Positions 1 to 15,300 of a stretch of DNA of 64,000 bases are shown here, piece by piece. The stretch is from Tubiluchus corallicola. Taxonomy: Eukaryota > Animalia > Priapulida. Both the position numbers and the translations under genes were made by a program. The stretch spans positions 310,001 through 374,000 of the forward strand of contig JAQGDQ010000194.1 of NCBI GenBank assembly GCA_030141605.1, written 5' to 3'. The notes under the pieces are model-generated. The model saw only the letters and a program-made list of their open reading frames with translations, had not been told where the DNA came from and searched no databases. How positions within the stretch are numbered: the first letter of the stretch is position 1; each line of letters starts with the position of its first letter.

Positions 1-333
1 TCAATTTGATACTAACTAGTAGCATTTGCGTCAACTGCAACCCTATAATACTATCCAACTCTATACTTTTGTCAATATTTTCATCAAACTGGCATCCTAG
101 ACATTTATTCCATATTACAGGCCTACTATTATTGTCGGGACCAAAATTTCCAGCTTTCTGTTATTCCAGCCTATACAATTTGGAATGTGAGCGTAATCAC
201 ACTAAAATACAAGCCAAACTAGCATTCCTTGACCTTAGAAAAATAGCTGAACTAACAGCCTGATTTTCTGGATATGATTTGCTACAAAAGAAGGCAAAAC
301 GGTTTTACTAGCTACTGCTTCATAAGCTCGAAC

Positions 334-576
334 CTGTATCACAGTTGAAAGTTGACTCAAACTTGTTTCTGTCTTGTGGATGTCCCAAAAATTTTTTCGT
401 GGTTTCTGGAATTACAAATCCCTGAGAATCAACGCACCATGCAGAGCTGCCATAATGTACCCCATCCATTTGCAATGGTGCATATTCACCAGAAAGCAAA
501 CATTTGGGTCGATAATGTAAACTACGTCCGAAATTATCATCCCGATGGTCACTATTTAATCGAGCAATCAGGCAGG
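334..576 (-). CDS. Exon: thyroglobulin type-1 domain (4-Cys form)
   Basis: ACLIAR...PKCLLSGEYAPLQ...WCVDSQGFVIPET...FNCDT; 243 nt; paralogue of exon 46596-46820. Confidence 0.88.
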
Positions 577-3280
577 CTAAAATACAAAATATAAGCATCA
601 TATAAAGGCAGATAATTGTTAGAATTTTTAGCAAGAAACTATGTTATTTCATTTTCCAGTAAAGTAACTGACTCACAAATGTGAAGAATGCCTGTGAAGA
701 TCATCTGTTAAATCATTCATACATGAAGTTATATGACATACAATGTTAAGCATACTGTCAAAGGCTGGGCAAACAGCTAAGTGCTGTACACTAATTCTAA
801 CGGGATGAGCGTAGAAAAGATCTATATACCAAAGGTCTGTGAAACATAGAATAAATTCTAGATGTTTCCAGTTCCAATTATATGACTGCATTCACAAAAA
901 TAATTGATTCTTTTTTATAAAGACTTTAGCCAAGCTTTAGAGGTTACACCACAAAAGTCATTATGGCAGTGGATGAGGATTCACCTAATTTTGCCACTAG
1001 GCACCGTACAGAAATAATGTACCCTTGCATAATGATTTTCCATAATGTACAGTTTGCATCGGTGCCCAGATGTCTTTGGCCCAAGTGATCCAGCAACCAA
1101 GTGCACCTAAACAGCAGCACCCAATTACATGCCCCTAAACGTGATAACAGTACAGATACAAGAACCCAGTTCATGCAAAGTACTTAAAAGATAAACCAAC
1201 TCTTGAAAAACAGTTGTTGCTTTTTAATATGAAATTAAAATTTTTGAAGTAACCACACATATAAACGCCCATAAAATGTCTTGCTAAAAAATGTAGAAGG
1301 AATTTAAATATTTCTTATCTCCAGCCAAAATGAACATCACTGCTGGCATATTTGAAAAAAAATGACGTAAGCTTGCCGGGCAGCATGAATGCCATGAAAG
1401 CAAACTGTGAGGGTAGTGTTACAAAATTTCTACAGTTCACTAAGAAGTTACATAATCCTCCTGCTGTGTTTAATGGTGTTTACATAAATTTAGTCATAGG
1501 ATCAATTATGCCCAAATTTAACGTGTTCAGATGCCATTAATCTGCAGGATTACACCATAAGATGAATAATTAATGTAAATTAATTGTGTAAAAAATTAAT
1601 TTACAGATTTCTGTAAATGTGCATGCCAACTTGAAAGCATATAGTAGGTACCAGACAAGGTAATTAGTTTGGAAAGATCACAATAAGTCGAAAAAACGTT
1701 GCTGAAGCACCTGGCAGAATAAGTGCTTATTTTGCAGGGTAACCGGTTGATGCCATGTTTTGCTCACGATAAGCACCAAACGTGAACTGATCGCATTTTA
1801 AATTGATTTTACTATATACACAAGGTGCTTACCACAATTTCATTGTTGAAACTTCCTAGCCTAGCACTCTCAAATATTAAAATACAAGCTCAATAGTAAA
1901 ATACTACCCAACAGCTTTGGCTTTAATTAATCAGATTATAAACGTTTTTGTCAAAAAATGTCATAATATTTTTTGACTTTTTCACACATTTGTCAAAATT
2001 CTTTTCCAGAGCTTTTAAACACCTGGCAGGACAGAATGTGCGATAATCAAAGTTGCTGACAGGTTATATTTAGTTGCCGCTTAATAGACTCACTTTGGGA
2101 CCGATGTGTTTTGACCCAATTAACCGATTGAACCCATTAACTGATGGGCATAGTATTACTGCTATAGAAGTGTGAACCATCAGCTTACTATCCACTGCAA
2201 AGGCTTTTAATCAATTTTAGAAACAAACTAATGCCTAAACTCCTTTGTGCAGTTAAAAATTAGAAAAAATATTTTAAAATATTAATTTATATAAGTGAAT
2301 TAACAATAAATTAAACGTATACTTTTCTAAATCACACAAGTCTGAACTGGACATGACTAAAACAGTTCTGATTCGTCTGCTCACTTACATTGCTCTATGA
2401 CATAGCCAGTAAATGTACTGTACCTGCATCTTTGACTATTAACTCATTAAGCCTGAAAGTGTGATTTGCAACTAGAGCATCAAAAGGAAACCGCTAGGCA
2501 AGTGATTAAATGTTTAGCTTTCAGAAATTCTTTGGGTAACGAGGTTAAATGCAATGGGCAAATGGGTAACTGATTAAAACCAAAATCACTAAACTAGCGA
2601 ACTAGCGCATGATAAACATACCTGTTTCCGAACAAAACGGTACTTACCATTATTGTTTCTACATATATAGTGCACAAAACAGAAGTAAAGATGACATAAA
2701 AGTAAGGAAGGCTCTTTGGGCACGTACAAATGTCTTATTTCAAGTATGTGAAGAAAAAATATTGAGACAATTAGGCGAAGTTATTTGAGTCAATTACCGA
2801 TAGTTTTTTATGTATATTTGAATAGAAGAGACCTATTCCAAGCGTTTTTGAGTCAATTAAGTGAATGAGTCTATTAAGCGGCAACTACTGTACTATGCAT
2901 GCACAACTAGTTACCATGTTTATACAGCAGCACCAACTCCACAACAATATAATAAATTATAAGAGCAATAATACCTGTTAATTTAGGCTTGGAACAAATG
3001 ACACCACATTTAGTAGATTTGCAACATTTTTCTGCTCCTGGACAATCGTTGTCAGTCGAACACGAAGCAGTTGGGCAATTCTTCCCTTTGCTATCAAACT
3101 CAAAAGAATCTGGGCAGGTGCCTATTTTAAGGGCTTCAAAGCATAAAAATAAAGTGTTAGTTCACTAAACAAAAGTAGTAAAACAAGTTTAACATATTTT
3201 GTCTTTGAAAAGAATTTATTGGTTACAAAATTCTTCTACGTAGTAATTCTTTTAAGCACGTACACACACACGCACGCACG

Positions 3281-3328
<48 letters not shown>

Positions 3329-6300
3329 TATACATATATACCAGGTTACTATACCTGATGTTCCCAATACAATACCTATGGAGACAATAACAGAGAAATC
3401 AATCTAAAATAATGTAAGTGCAAGTACAGGGTTAAATGGGGTGGTTGAGGTTGTCGAATCTTGCAAAGTTGCCACTTTTCTTCTTCTCTTCAAAAGAGAA
3501 GACTATACAGAGATAATCTAAACACTAGGAGTCATTATAGCTTTAGATATAGTACAAAAGCAATTAGTATGTCATTTTATATTCAACCTTTTCCTCCCTT
3601 ACAAAAATTTCATAAAAAATGCCATAAACATTGACAGCAAAATTTAGTAAACTAGAAAAACAAAAAGTACCAAAGCAGTCTTTGTTATCTGCAATTGTTA
3701 AATATTTGTCTCCAGTTCTTCTAGCTACACAACGTAAAGTACACTTGTTACGGTATTTAAGCCCATCACTTCCGCACACAAACTTCAATTTAGGGGAACA
3801 GTAACATCCTAAAAATAAAAAAACAGTTAGTTGCTTAATGAATTGTTAATAGTAACAATACTGGGGCAAGATTTATCATTACTTATGCAAAAACTTTCGA
3901 AGTTCATAAGAAAACACTTGAGCATTCTTTATTAAATGTTCTTACTATAAACTTGCAATAACAAAAAAGATTTCCATGTACGTTACAAACATTCCTTATT
4001 AAATTACATTTCGCAGCTATATTTGGGAAAACCCAAAAACAAAAGTTTAACGTGTGAACTGCAATTTTTTCCAATTTTAGATAACTGATTATTAATAACA
4101 ACAAATGACATCCATTTTTTCTGTTTTTCCAACATTTTGTCTATCACCACTCTTATAAATACAACATAACTACAGACAACGCAATAAAAATTGGAACCCT
4201 AAATACAGAATGAAAAAGTGTACAAAACTACATCTATCTGAAAGACAGGTTTATATCAAACATGTTTTCCAATTGATATAATCTGGCAATACCCAAACAC
4301 GAAAGTTTAACATGTGAACTACATATTTTTCCAATTTTAGATAAGTGATTAACAATAACAAGAAATGACATCAATTATCAATTAACTTTTGATTTCAACA
4401 CTTTTTTCTATCACCATTCTTTTAAATACAGTCAATTTTATAAAAAAATTGTAACCTTAAACACAGGATGAAAAAGTGTACAACAGTGAATCACTGAATC
4501 TACCCGAAAGGCAGGTTCATATTAAACATGTGTTTCCATTGATGTAATCTGGTAAAACATACCCAGTTGCAGGTAGAGCTACATAATAACTATCACTATA
4601 ATGTAAATTAGGTCCATTGAATTACTCCATAAATGGTTTAAACAGTTGCACATACACCCAAGAACATCTATTTTTCATAAATTTCAGGTTATTCATTTAG
4701 AAATAGAAGCAGTAGATAATTGGCAGCATCACCTAGTAATAATAAAACGAACGAATTGGATTAATTTAGACTATCACAGAACTAAGTTAGGTGCATACAG
4801 AAAGTTCCAATCTGACTAAAAAAAAAAGTACAAACTATTTTTAATCATTGTAAAAAGCAATGTTATTACATGTTTCTAAATACAAAATTAAAAAATTATG
4901 TACAATAAAGTTTAGTGAATCTTGAGTGAAGTGAAAAACTGCATTGTTAATAGTGAGAGAATAGTGTCGTCCCGTCAAGGTCTGAAGTTTCACTGAACTT
5001 CAGTTTTTGATCAAGAGACATGGACCAGGCTTATCTCGCATCTTTTTTCTGACGTTATTGTCATCTTCGTAATAACGGGGTTCTAGCCAAAAGTTTACGA
5101 AAAAAATTGGCAAAGGGCCCTTTTTCAATTCATGTATAAAAATAAAAATCAAAGTGTATTGAGACACCCTGTGCGTGTGTGTGCATGTCTGCGCATGCAG
5201 GCGAGCAAGCACGTGTGCGTGCATATGTGACTGTGACTAGGTGCGCGCGAGCGTGCTGAGTGGTACATGCATTATGTGGTACAAAGACAGCAATCTCATG
5301 AGTGTTTTTGACTGCCTTTCTGACATTCAAGAAATTGTTTCCATCAAATATGTTCGCTCAAGTTTTGCACACATTTTTAGTCAGCTGTGGCTTGAAACAG
5401 TATGTCTTGTCACTGAGCAAAAATAATACTGTGCAACCAAGAAATTTGTTAGCTGTTTTATTCATGAGTCTACCCATACATATAATACCAGTCAAACAGG
5501 TTCTATCTATATTATTAGACTGTCAATGGTTTTTATTTCCTCAATGACCTGAGTTCATTATTTTGACAGTAAATTACCTGCAGTCAAGGTCAGCCTCTAT
5601 TATCAACCTTTCTGTTATAGCCGGTAGCCCACAAAACTTGCTCATGATCTGATAAATATGTTGATTCTATTAATAGCTGAGGCACTAGTGTCACTTTTGC
5701 TTTCACCACCATGTCCTTGTTCGCCTTTGAATTTTAGTAAATATTTCTTTGCCTGTTCAAAACATTTCGTCTTTCTTCATATAGTCTATATCTGTTAGAC
5801 ATAGTGACACCAGTTTTCTTAATCAGCATGAATGCCAGTATGAGGGAGGGCCAAGTCTTCTAAGTCTTCTGCAGTTACAAACTTTTAGGCAAATGAAACT
5901 CCATTCTTGGTTAAACTTTGAGACAAAACTTACAATGGATTAGCCGATTTCCCGTTCTAGATCCTCAAATTTTTCTAAGCTATCTGTTTACTCGTCTTTT
6001 CCAAAATTTTTGTCCAAAGACTGAATCAATAAATATAAGCCATCTGGCTTTTTAAGATCAGCTGATGTCCATTTGCCAGATATTAATAGCCATAGGCCTA
6101 TCTTGCTGTTACTCTTCATTCAGAAATATTGGAAAGAGTTGTTTGCAATAAAAAATCTCATTTGGTGCAACTGACATAAAAAATAATAAGCAATTTGGTT
6201 TTATGAAAACAGCTCGACTAAATTGGCTCTGATGAACATTGTAGAGACTATAACAAAAGACAATGAATAAAATAAATTAGTAGTGGGGACAATTTATAAC

Positions 6301-9300
6301 CTCTCTACAGCACGTGATACTAAAAAAGTTTGTTGCAAAGCTACATTATTATGGGCTTAAGGGGATCATAAATTCATGGATGTCATGATACCTTCATGGG
6401 AGAACGCAAGAGGTTCGATACGATAATGTAATTTCAATGAAGCTTCAATAACCCTTGGGTTAACGCAATGTTCAATTTTATAGTCACCTGTATTTTTAAT
6501 ATACATAAATGATATAAAATATTCTATAAAGTATCCAAATGTCTATGAGCAAGAAGAATTAAAAAAGACTGCTAATTTAATATATATCGACTGTAAATTA
6601 CAAAGTTGCTATTTGATTCATAACAAATAACGAAAAACTAAATGTATTAACAAAAAACAAAAATGTATCGGTTTGAAGACTAAACACGTTGATATAAAAA
6701 AAACCCAACTGAAATAGTTTAGGAATTAAAGTTTTGGGGAATCACTCAAAATGAATTCCTGGAATGAAAGCCACACATATATATATGATCACAGGTAAAA
6801 TTTCAAAAATATATGGAATGTCATATATAAGAGTAAAAATGGCTTTAACAAATAACATATAATAACCCTGTACAATTGTTTAATATTACCATACATCACA
6901 TACTGATATACAACTAATACAAATAATCAATGAGTTATCCAAAGAAATATTCATAGTTCACCTGTAACACTAGAAAATGAAAACATCTTTGTTTAATGTG
7001 TTTAAACACTTACAGCATTTTAATTGTTAATGCTTTAATACAAATGAACACTTCTACACAAATATATGAAACTAAATATAATTTCTTTCCAATTTTCTTG
7101 AATAATCCAGTTCAACCTAATAATTGCCGTTCGAGGCTTTGGAATGGCATAAATGATGACCTAAAAACAATTCAGCCAGTACAAACATTTAAAAAAACAA
7201 ATAAAAGAATTATAAAGCAAGAACTTTGAAAAAATCAAATATTTTCTAATATGCTACACTTATGGTAGCAGTCATACCACATTCTAAATACAGAGTATGC
7301 ATAAAAGACATCACTGCATTTTTATAACTGGATGTAAACATCACATAACTTACTGTCTTTCTTCCTACTACTTCCCTTAACATAACCTTATTTATTCCGG
7401 GGGTCCTGCCACCCTGTATTTGAGCACATTTTGGAGACCTTGAATGAGATCTAAATTTTGGTACACAGACTTCCTCAAATGTGAAAAATTCTACCTCAAA
7501 AATATATTTCACCTACATTTACCTAGGTAATTGTCATTGTATTCTATTGTAGTAGTCATATATATTAAAACAAGTTGGTAATATACTGCAATGTGGATGG
7601 CCCATTTACTTAAGCTTATTTTATTTAGTGTCAAGATTATCTACCCTGGAAAGTGTGGGTATTCAAACAAAAGTGATTTCAGACTGTTAAGTTTGCAGGC
7701 CACTATTCATACAAAATTTAATAAGTTTGCATGCTTGATAACTTTTTCCACCAGACACAGCTAACAGGCAAAACCTCTTGGCCACACATGCATTTTACTA
7801 CATTTTAGATTATTTTGTGGTTGCTAGAAGTAATTTTTTCAGGCAAGTTCACTAGTTTAAAACTTATTATGTTACCTCAAACTTGTCATTCATAATTTCA
7901 TTACTACTGTGAAAAGGGGGGGCAGGCCCTTTAGGCCCACACTCTAAATGTAAAAGTGCAGTTACAGTTAGCTAAAAACGATCTATAAAACAGAAATCGA
8001 TAAGAAAATCGACACTATGTAAGTGATACACATAAACATAACTTCAGCATGCAAATTAGCTTACTATTCGGGGATTGCGCAAAACAAACAAGGGGTTGAT
8101 GCGTTTCTTGCTTTACTGCAAAAAAATTATTTAACCGTTTTTGTTCTTAAGAAATTCTGTGGATGCATGTGGGTCAGTGGACCGACAGTACACAAGAGGT
8201 TTTCTTTGTCCCACTGTTACAAACAGATTTTAATTCTTTTAAGCACTCATTATTAAAGTAAATAATTAATGTTAAAGTGCTGTGTGCGAATTTGCTAACA
8301 CCACTGAGAAGTTTGCAGTTCATTCACCTGCTGCAAGCCTGCAAGTCAATGCATAAAACATTGACTTAATTTTATCAGCTAATGACTTGCACAAAGAGAG
8401 AATAATTGATAGCCATTCAGCTGCTAGATTATCACTCAATCTCCTATCGCTTGTAAGGCTGATAATTATTTTAATGTCATCAAGTACATGAGAATGCATA
8501 CAATCAATTATTAATGAAAGTAATTGTGTCATAGATACAAATATAAAATAAAAGGTTGATGTTTACAACATAGGCTATCTAGTTAATCTAATTTGATTGC
8601 TTCTTAAAATCAATTTTAACAAAAATCAAGTTTACCAGTCAAGTAGCCTCCACAATAAGCCGTACACTCCTCTCTCACGTAGAAGTTATTTTCATTGCCA
8701 CCACAGCCACTGTAGGAGAATGACTTACATCTTTTAGCTTTTCTATCCCAGAACCATCTCCGGTGTTTTTCCTTACAATTACCCACATCTCTTGGAAGTT
8801 CGCATATATTACCTATCAAAAGTATATAAAAAAGCCTGATAGACTTTTTTATTAAATATGAATTAGGAGTTGATTAAAATTGGGCACGTTGGGAAGCAAA
8901 TGAAAAGAATGTTGAAAGCTGAAAGTTGAATCTTATAATTAACTTTTCTTAAATTAGCTTTTCTGCCCGTTTCTTTTCAAAATTCTGAAAGAACATTATG
9001 CAGAAAAAAATCTTCTAGTGGCACCTGGTTGAGGTCTTGGATGAAGATTTGTAGTTTTCAGGAAAAAAAAGGAACTGGGCTACACCTGTGGGATCATGTG
9101 GGTTTCTTTTAGTGTGGCCTCCACCAGAATGAGTGTCATGATTGTCATTGTTGCCGTCGTTGTCATCACCATTGGCAGCAACACCAGTGTAGTGTAGTAG
9201 GTATGGTGTAAACAATGTGATGTAGTGATATGGTGTGGTGTAGCTTGGTTAGTGTGGTGCCACCTAACATGGTGTGGGTAATGTAGTGATATGGTGTGGC

Positions 9301-12300
9301 GTGGCGTGGTGCCACCTAACATGGTGTGGGTGATGTAGTGTAGGGACATAGGGTGATGTGGTGCTGAACAGTGGGTGATCTGACATGTGTGGTGGGAGTG
9401 ACACGGTGTGGGAAGTGTGATATGGTGTGGTTTGGTGTGATGTGGTGTGGGTTGTCGTTGTAGGTTTATGAGCAACTGTTTGCAGGGTCTAGCTAGCTTT
9501 ACTATTATTAGAAGTGGGGGGAAATTTATGGTCTGAAATTAATGTTGCGAGTCCCAAAAAAAATAGTCCAAAATAGACCAAATTGTTATGAAAATTTATT
9601 TTATTTACATACGATACGGACTAATATAAAATTAAAATGTGTTTATGACAAAGACATAAACTTAGCTCCTTCGACCTGTAATGACTCATGTATGGGTAAA
9701 GATGAGCTTTATTACCTAAACTTTCAAACCCCCAAATTCGATGAAATTTGGAAAAGAAACGGCTAACATACAAGCGAATAATAAAAGTACAAAATAAATT
9801 CTGTTGTTTTCTGCATTTTCAGTTTTGAAAGCTTTTTGCAAACTAATTGATGAAAATTCTGCTTGGTTCTTGCACAACAGCTCAGTGTAGCAGCGACGTT
9901 GATCTGCCCTGCTGTGTATTAGCTCAGGCTATTCTTAGCATGCGAAGATTAAATTTTTGTTGCACTTGGGTTTGCATTCACAGAATGTAACAGCAACCAG
10001 CGCTAAACAATTGTGTTTCATTTGAGTAATCCCCACTCTGAAAAGCTTATCAGTAATTGAAATGCAATTTCTTATATTTGTGACTGAAAAGTGAAATAAT
10101 CTGAATGGCAGTACCCGGAGAATATAAAGTTAATTTCACTATAATTCGAATGCATTTATTTGTTATCTTATTATGTGAAAAAATGTTGGCATTTTATGAC
10201 TTTTTTAAAATTTGGAATAATTTCACAGTATGATCAGATTAGCAGTTACAGTTATTGAGAAAGCTGAACTGTAACCTGATAGATGCATGTAGTATAGTAA
10301 TTTCTGTACTTTTCACTTGCTAGCAATAAGTATGCTCTCAGATTTTGTCTTTCAAACAGTGCAAAATGCTTGCAAATCAGCAAATTCGGTACCTGGATTA
10401 ACCACCAAGTAAATAACTGTACACTATATCTACTCAGTTACTTACTGCCTTTTTTACCGGTGATACTAGCTGTCACTTCAACAGCCTGTCGCTCACAGGC
10501 GTGCTGATATAATTAGCAGCATGCAGCGCAGGGCAGACTCACCTGCAGCTAGCAATTACAAATTTTGTAATACCTTGGTATATTTGGACAGCTGTCAAAT
10601 TTACAAAGTTAGAGTATACTTTTTGCAAAATCTTGTGCAGAAAACACTGCTCTACAGTTCATGTTAAACTGTTTCATATACAAGCTACCACTTGAACACT
10701 AAAGGGCTTTGAAACGAAAATTCTGTAAAAATTTTAGAGTTTTCACATTAACGACTGTTAACTACTCAACTAAATAAAAAAATCAAAGCGTTTTATTTGC
10801 AGTACTAGAAAGAAAATTTAATTCTTTTTCCAAAAATATACAGTTTTGTACTAATATCTCATGCAGCAGGACATCATGAGCATTTTTGCTGCTGGATGTC
10901 AAAACTAAACAAATATTCGTTCTCGTGAAAGATTTAATATTCTGCACTATGAGCAGACAAAAACTGCAAGTGCTGATAGTGAAAAATCTTTGATGACTTG
11001 ATCTTTGTCTCAAGATCATAGTTTTGTCATTGCTGAAAACTCCATGCAAGATTGTCTAGGAAATCCATTTTATTGCAATCCCATTTTAACAATTCGCCTA
11101 TGTAACATGACCTGACTATAGCCACTTTTTATAAAATTCTGAATACTCATCTACGTTCAACCACCTACCCATATATGCAATAACAAAGCTTCAAGTCCAA
11201 TACTGTAAGAGGTGTTGAGTGACAAAACCATTTGCCCTAATTTTCACATTTTGGCTCCTAACTCAAACTTTCCTAGTTCCTATTTCCAAAAAATACTTAA
11301 TGCACATCTACCCCACATAAGCTAAATACCTGTGAAAAAAATTAATTTAACTCTGTCTCTGAGCAACAGAGGAAAACTGACCAAAAGACCCTTCAACCCA
11401 GTTTCCAGTTGTCTGCAACATTTTACACAATCATGACGAACAATATTTCGAACTTTTTTCTTTGCGACCTCTTGAATTCTAAGGCTACTGGAAGGGTGTA
11501 AAAGTGACACATCACTTTCTTCGTAATGACTTTTTCTTTTCTTGCTGTAAGTCTGAGATTTACTCCATTTTCTTCGTTGGAGTCTCTGTTATCTTATGAT
11601 CATGTTCTCTATAGATAATACAGTGCTTTGTTGTTTTCCTTTGTGCCCGCTCCTTTTGCCTGTACTCTTTGAGTCTCTCTGGACAGCTTTGAGTTTTTCC
11701 CTATAATGTCTTGCCATTTTTTTACTGGACAGTAGTATGTTGATTAAAAAACGTCACCGTATTGTCCTCATTTGAGCAGTACTTTTGCCACTGAGACTTA
11801 TGGAAAATGCCAGGCGGGCAACACAAACTGCAGTTTCATGTAGATCACAATACAATCCACAGCCCAATCTGGAGGTAATCATGTTTTGCGTGTGAAACTA
11901 TTCAAAGCTGCATCTTTACAGTCCACGCCTGGGAACTCCAAGAAAATATTCAATCCCAATGCAAGAACTAATTGCAAGATGACATTCTTTAAAGAAAGAC
12001 TGAGTCTACAAGGCAGCTTAAGAAGGTTCTATGTAGATTTTTTGCCAGCTACTACTGGGCAACAATGGGAAGAATAGGTTGTGCAGCACATTGTCTTGTT
12101 ATTCTATAGGTTGTGCTGTGCATTGTCATTTTCTATTCTATCTTTGATATAGAGCCAGAGGTGTTTCCAATTTAAGATAAAAGTTGGAAAAGTTAATGTT
12201 AAAGTTAAAGCAAAATTTAACATCCATAAAAATTAAACCTACATATTTTTATGCTTCTCAATATTCAGTTTTATTTTTGCATTTGACTTAACTTAGTGTA

Positions 12301-15300
12301 ATAGTTTTACTATTAGTTTAACACTGTTGGCAATTGCTAACACTGCAAATAAAAAAAATCATTCTTTCACTGAATAACATGACTTTTAATGTATTGCCAA
12401 GGTGTAATGTCTCAGTGGAGAAGCTCAAAAATGACACACAATATTTTTATATGTACGTTTAGAGGCTGTTTATATTTAGAGGCTGAAGCTGAGACAGTTG
12501 CTATGATATCAGCTGACTCACAAAGTAAATCAGCTAGCTCGGTTGAGGTTGACTTTTAGCTGAGCTGGCTTAAAGAAAAGTCAGCTAATGCTACGAATTT
12601 TCATTATCTAAATAAAGGATAAATTGTTAGTTAAATGCTAAATTAAGGAGACGAATTTTTTAATTAATTCATGTTGCTTATACACTGAAAAAAGCTTATG
12701 TACAAATTCAAATAATGCATTAGGGCCAATTTTTTGTTATTATAAAAAAGCAAGGGATTCAATGCAAATATAATTATAACAGCCAACTCTTGGCAAGACT
12801 TATCTTAATTACCGACGAATCAATACCAAAACACCAAATTATCCCATACATGTGAGTAACGCTGTTTGTATATTTAATTTTGAAGTCACCAGCTTTCTCT
12901 TTCAAAAATTTCCAAAATTTAGTATCTCTGACAGCACACACACAACCTGACCTCGAGCCCGCAATGCCTTTGCCATATTTCAACCTGTGAATTGCAGTGT
13001 CATGTGATTCACAAGAGCGAAAATCTTTGCAGCTGGCAAAAATGTCGGCTAGCTCAACTTCCATCACTGAGCAGCTGGTGGCAATAAAATTTCAGATGGA
13101 AATTAACTGGCTGGAGCTCAGCTGAATCAGTGCAGCGCTGGCTCTAGTAATATTATGACAAATAGTGACTTACTGGCAACTCCACAACTAGTGGTCAACT
13201 CTGTAACCAGGGTTTGGTTGCAGAAATGGCGGCTCTGGAGTGGACATTTTGTATTAAATTAGTTATTAGAACTTATTAAAACTAAGGGACTAGTAAAACT
13301 CAGTTCACTTTCTGATTAACAAGCTTGTCTTTAAGCAAAGCATCGATTCCTCAGATGTGTTAGTAAATCTAATAATAAACATTCTGACAGGCATAAACAG
13401 TGGTTTCGGAGTTGACATATTAAAAATACTTAAGGCGTATTAAGTGCACGAAAATGAATAAGCCAAAAAAGTATAACAACAACAAATTTTACTAACTCAA
13501 CAAAATAATTATTCAAAGAATAATTATCCAACAATTATTTAATCACTGTAAAATGCTTAAAGCGCTGATTATTTGTAAGACTGCACAATTTGCTTTCAGG
13601 TTGCAGAGTTGATATAGATAAAATTAAAACAAGTGACACAAAAAATTAGCTGAAATCAAGAAAACCAGCAACGAATTTCTGAAATCTGCCTTAAGATTGA
13701 TAATGTACAATGTCTTTGCTAAAAAACAGACTTGGAGCTAAAACACATCTTATAATTTTCGTTAGTGTAAATTGGGAAAGCTAAAAAGTGACAAGGTTAA
13801 TCCTGTGCAATTATAACATATACTGGTAATTTTTTCGAAAAATATTTAACCCAACGTGCTAAAAAGTTAAGTGCATGAATTGATTGGTTTATTGGTATTG
13901 GTATTTGTTTGCTTTTATTACATTTTTATAAGATGGTGGCATCAAAAAATATTGAGAGAATGACTAAAATACAGAAAATGATTAAGACAAGGAAACTGTC
14001 ATAAATACATGAACCCATGACCAGACTAGTGGAATACTGCATAGCATTCTAAGAATAATTAGTGAATGCTAAAGGTCATCAATACTCATGTAATTGCTTT
14101 GACTATTTTAAAAAAACAGTCGAAATATTGTATCAGAATGTGTTCATTGAACTTCAGCTAAATAACCAATGGTGACGCTGAGCTTTAAATTAAACATTTT
14201 CTGGGCTGTCATTCTCCCTGTTCTTTAATAATGTTTCTTTTTATCTAGATTCAAAAGTCATAGGGCATGTTACAAAGACACTTTATTAAAAAGCATATGC
14301 AATGTAGGATGTCTAGCACAGAAATTTAAAAGCTTATCACCAAAAATTTTTTAAAATAACAAAGTATTCTAATAAAATAATATTTACGTAGACAATTCTC
14401 GTTGCCTGCTTTTTTCAAACCTTGAACCTTTGTTGCTTCACATTCTAATTTGCAAAGGTTGTCGTACTGTTTTCCGTCAGTTCCACACACATGATCAGAT
14501 CTTCTCTCGCAGATACACACTTTTGAGTCATCAAACTGTACCATACGACGCACTAAACAAAATACACAAAGACAGATAAAAATTGGTACTTGGCACCTCT
14601 CACGGTACTCCTACTTACAGGTAGCTAACTGAACTGGTTGTATTGCTCACACTGTTTCAAATGTCAGGTCTCTAAAGAATGCTGCTAAAAATTCTTGGCC
14701 TACAATTAGATACCTATATTTTATCGAAGCATATAAACTTTTAATACCATGATTCTCACAAAAGAAGTAGTTACATTTAGATTCAAAACTCAAGATTGTT
14801 TATTTCAAAAAATTAGCTATACAGTCCACTAACATTTTACTATATAATTGATCCAGCAGTAGGTTTAACATCAATGAGTCAAATATGTACAAACTACCTT
14901 GTTGTGTAACAAAAATGCACTATGCTTACACCAATCTCTCTAACTTTATGTCATGGTGAGACATGTGTCATGAGTTACAAGTGACTGCTAGCAGTTGAAT
15001 GCCTACTAGTCTTAGAGTGAAAGCAAGTCCTAGATGACTATATATATATATATACATACACTAGTATATAGTACAGTACACTACAAATAGAGAGAGATAC
15101 GTATGTATATATAGCTTGTTTATGTATGTACATACAAGTTTATATATATACACACATAAACTGTAGATGTTATTCATTTAGTTCTTCCGTTTTAACATTT
15201 TTCTTTAACGGAAGACCGGACGATTGTTTAGACTCTTTTTAATTTGCTGTCCGAATCCAAAATATATTTTCTTGTTTATAAAAGTTGTTCCTTTTATAAA

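Noticed and set aside
12150-13146. MITE with TAGAGCCAG/CTGGCTCTA ends
   Set aside because: Only a 9-bp inverted match and no TSD.
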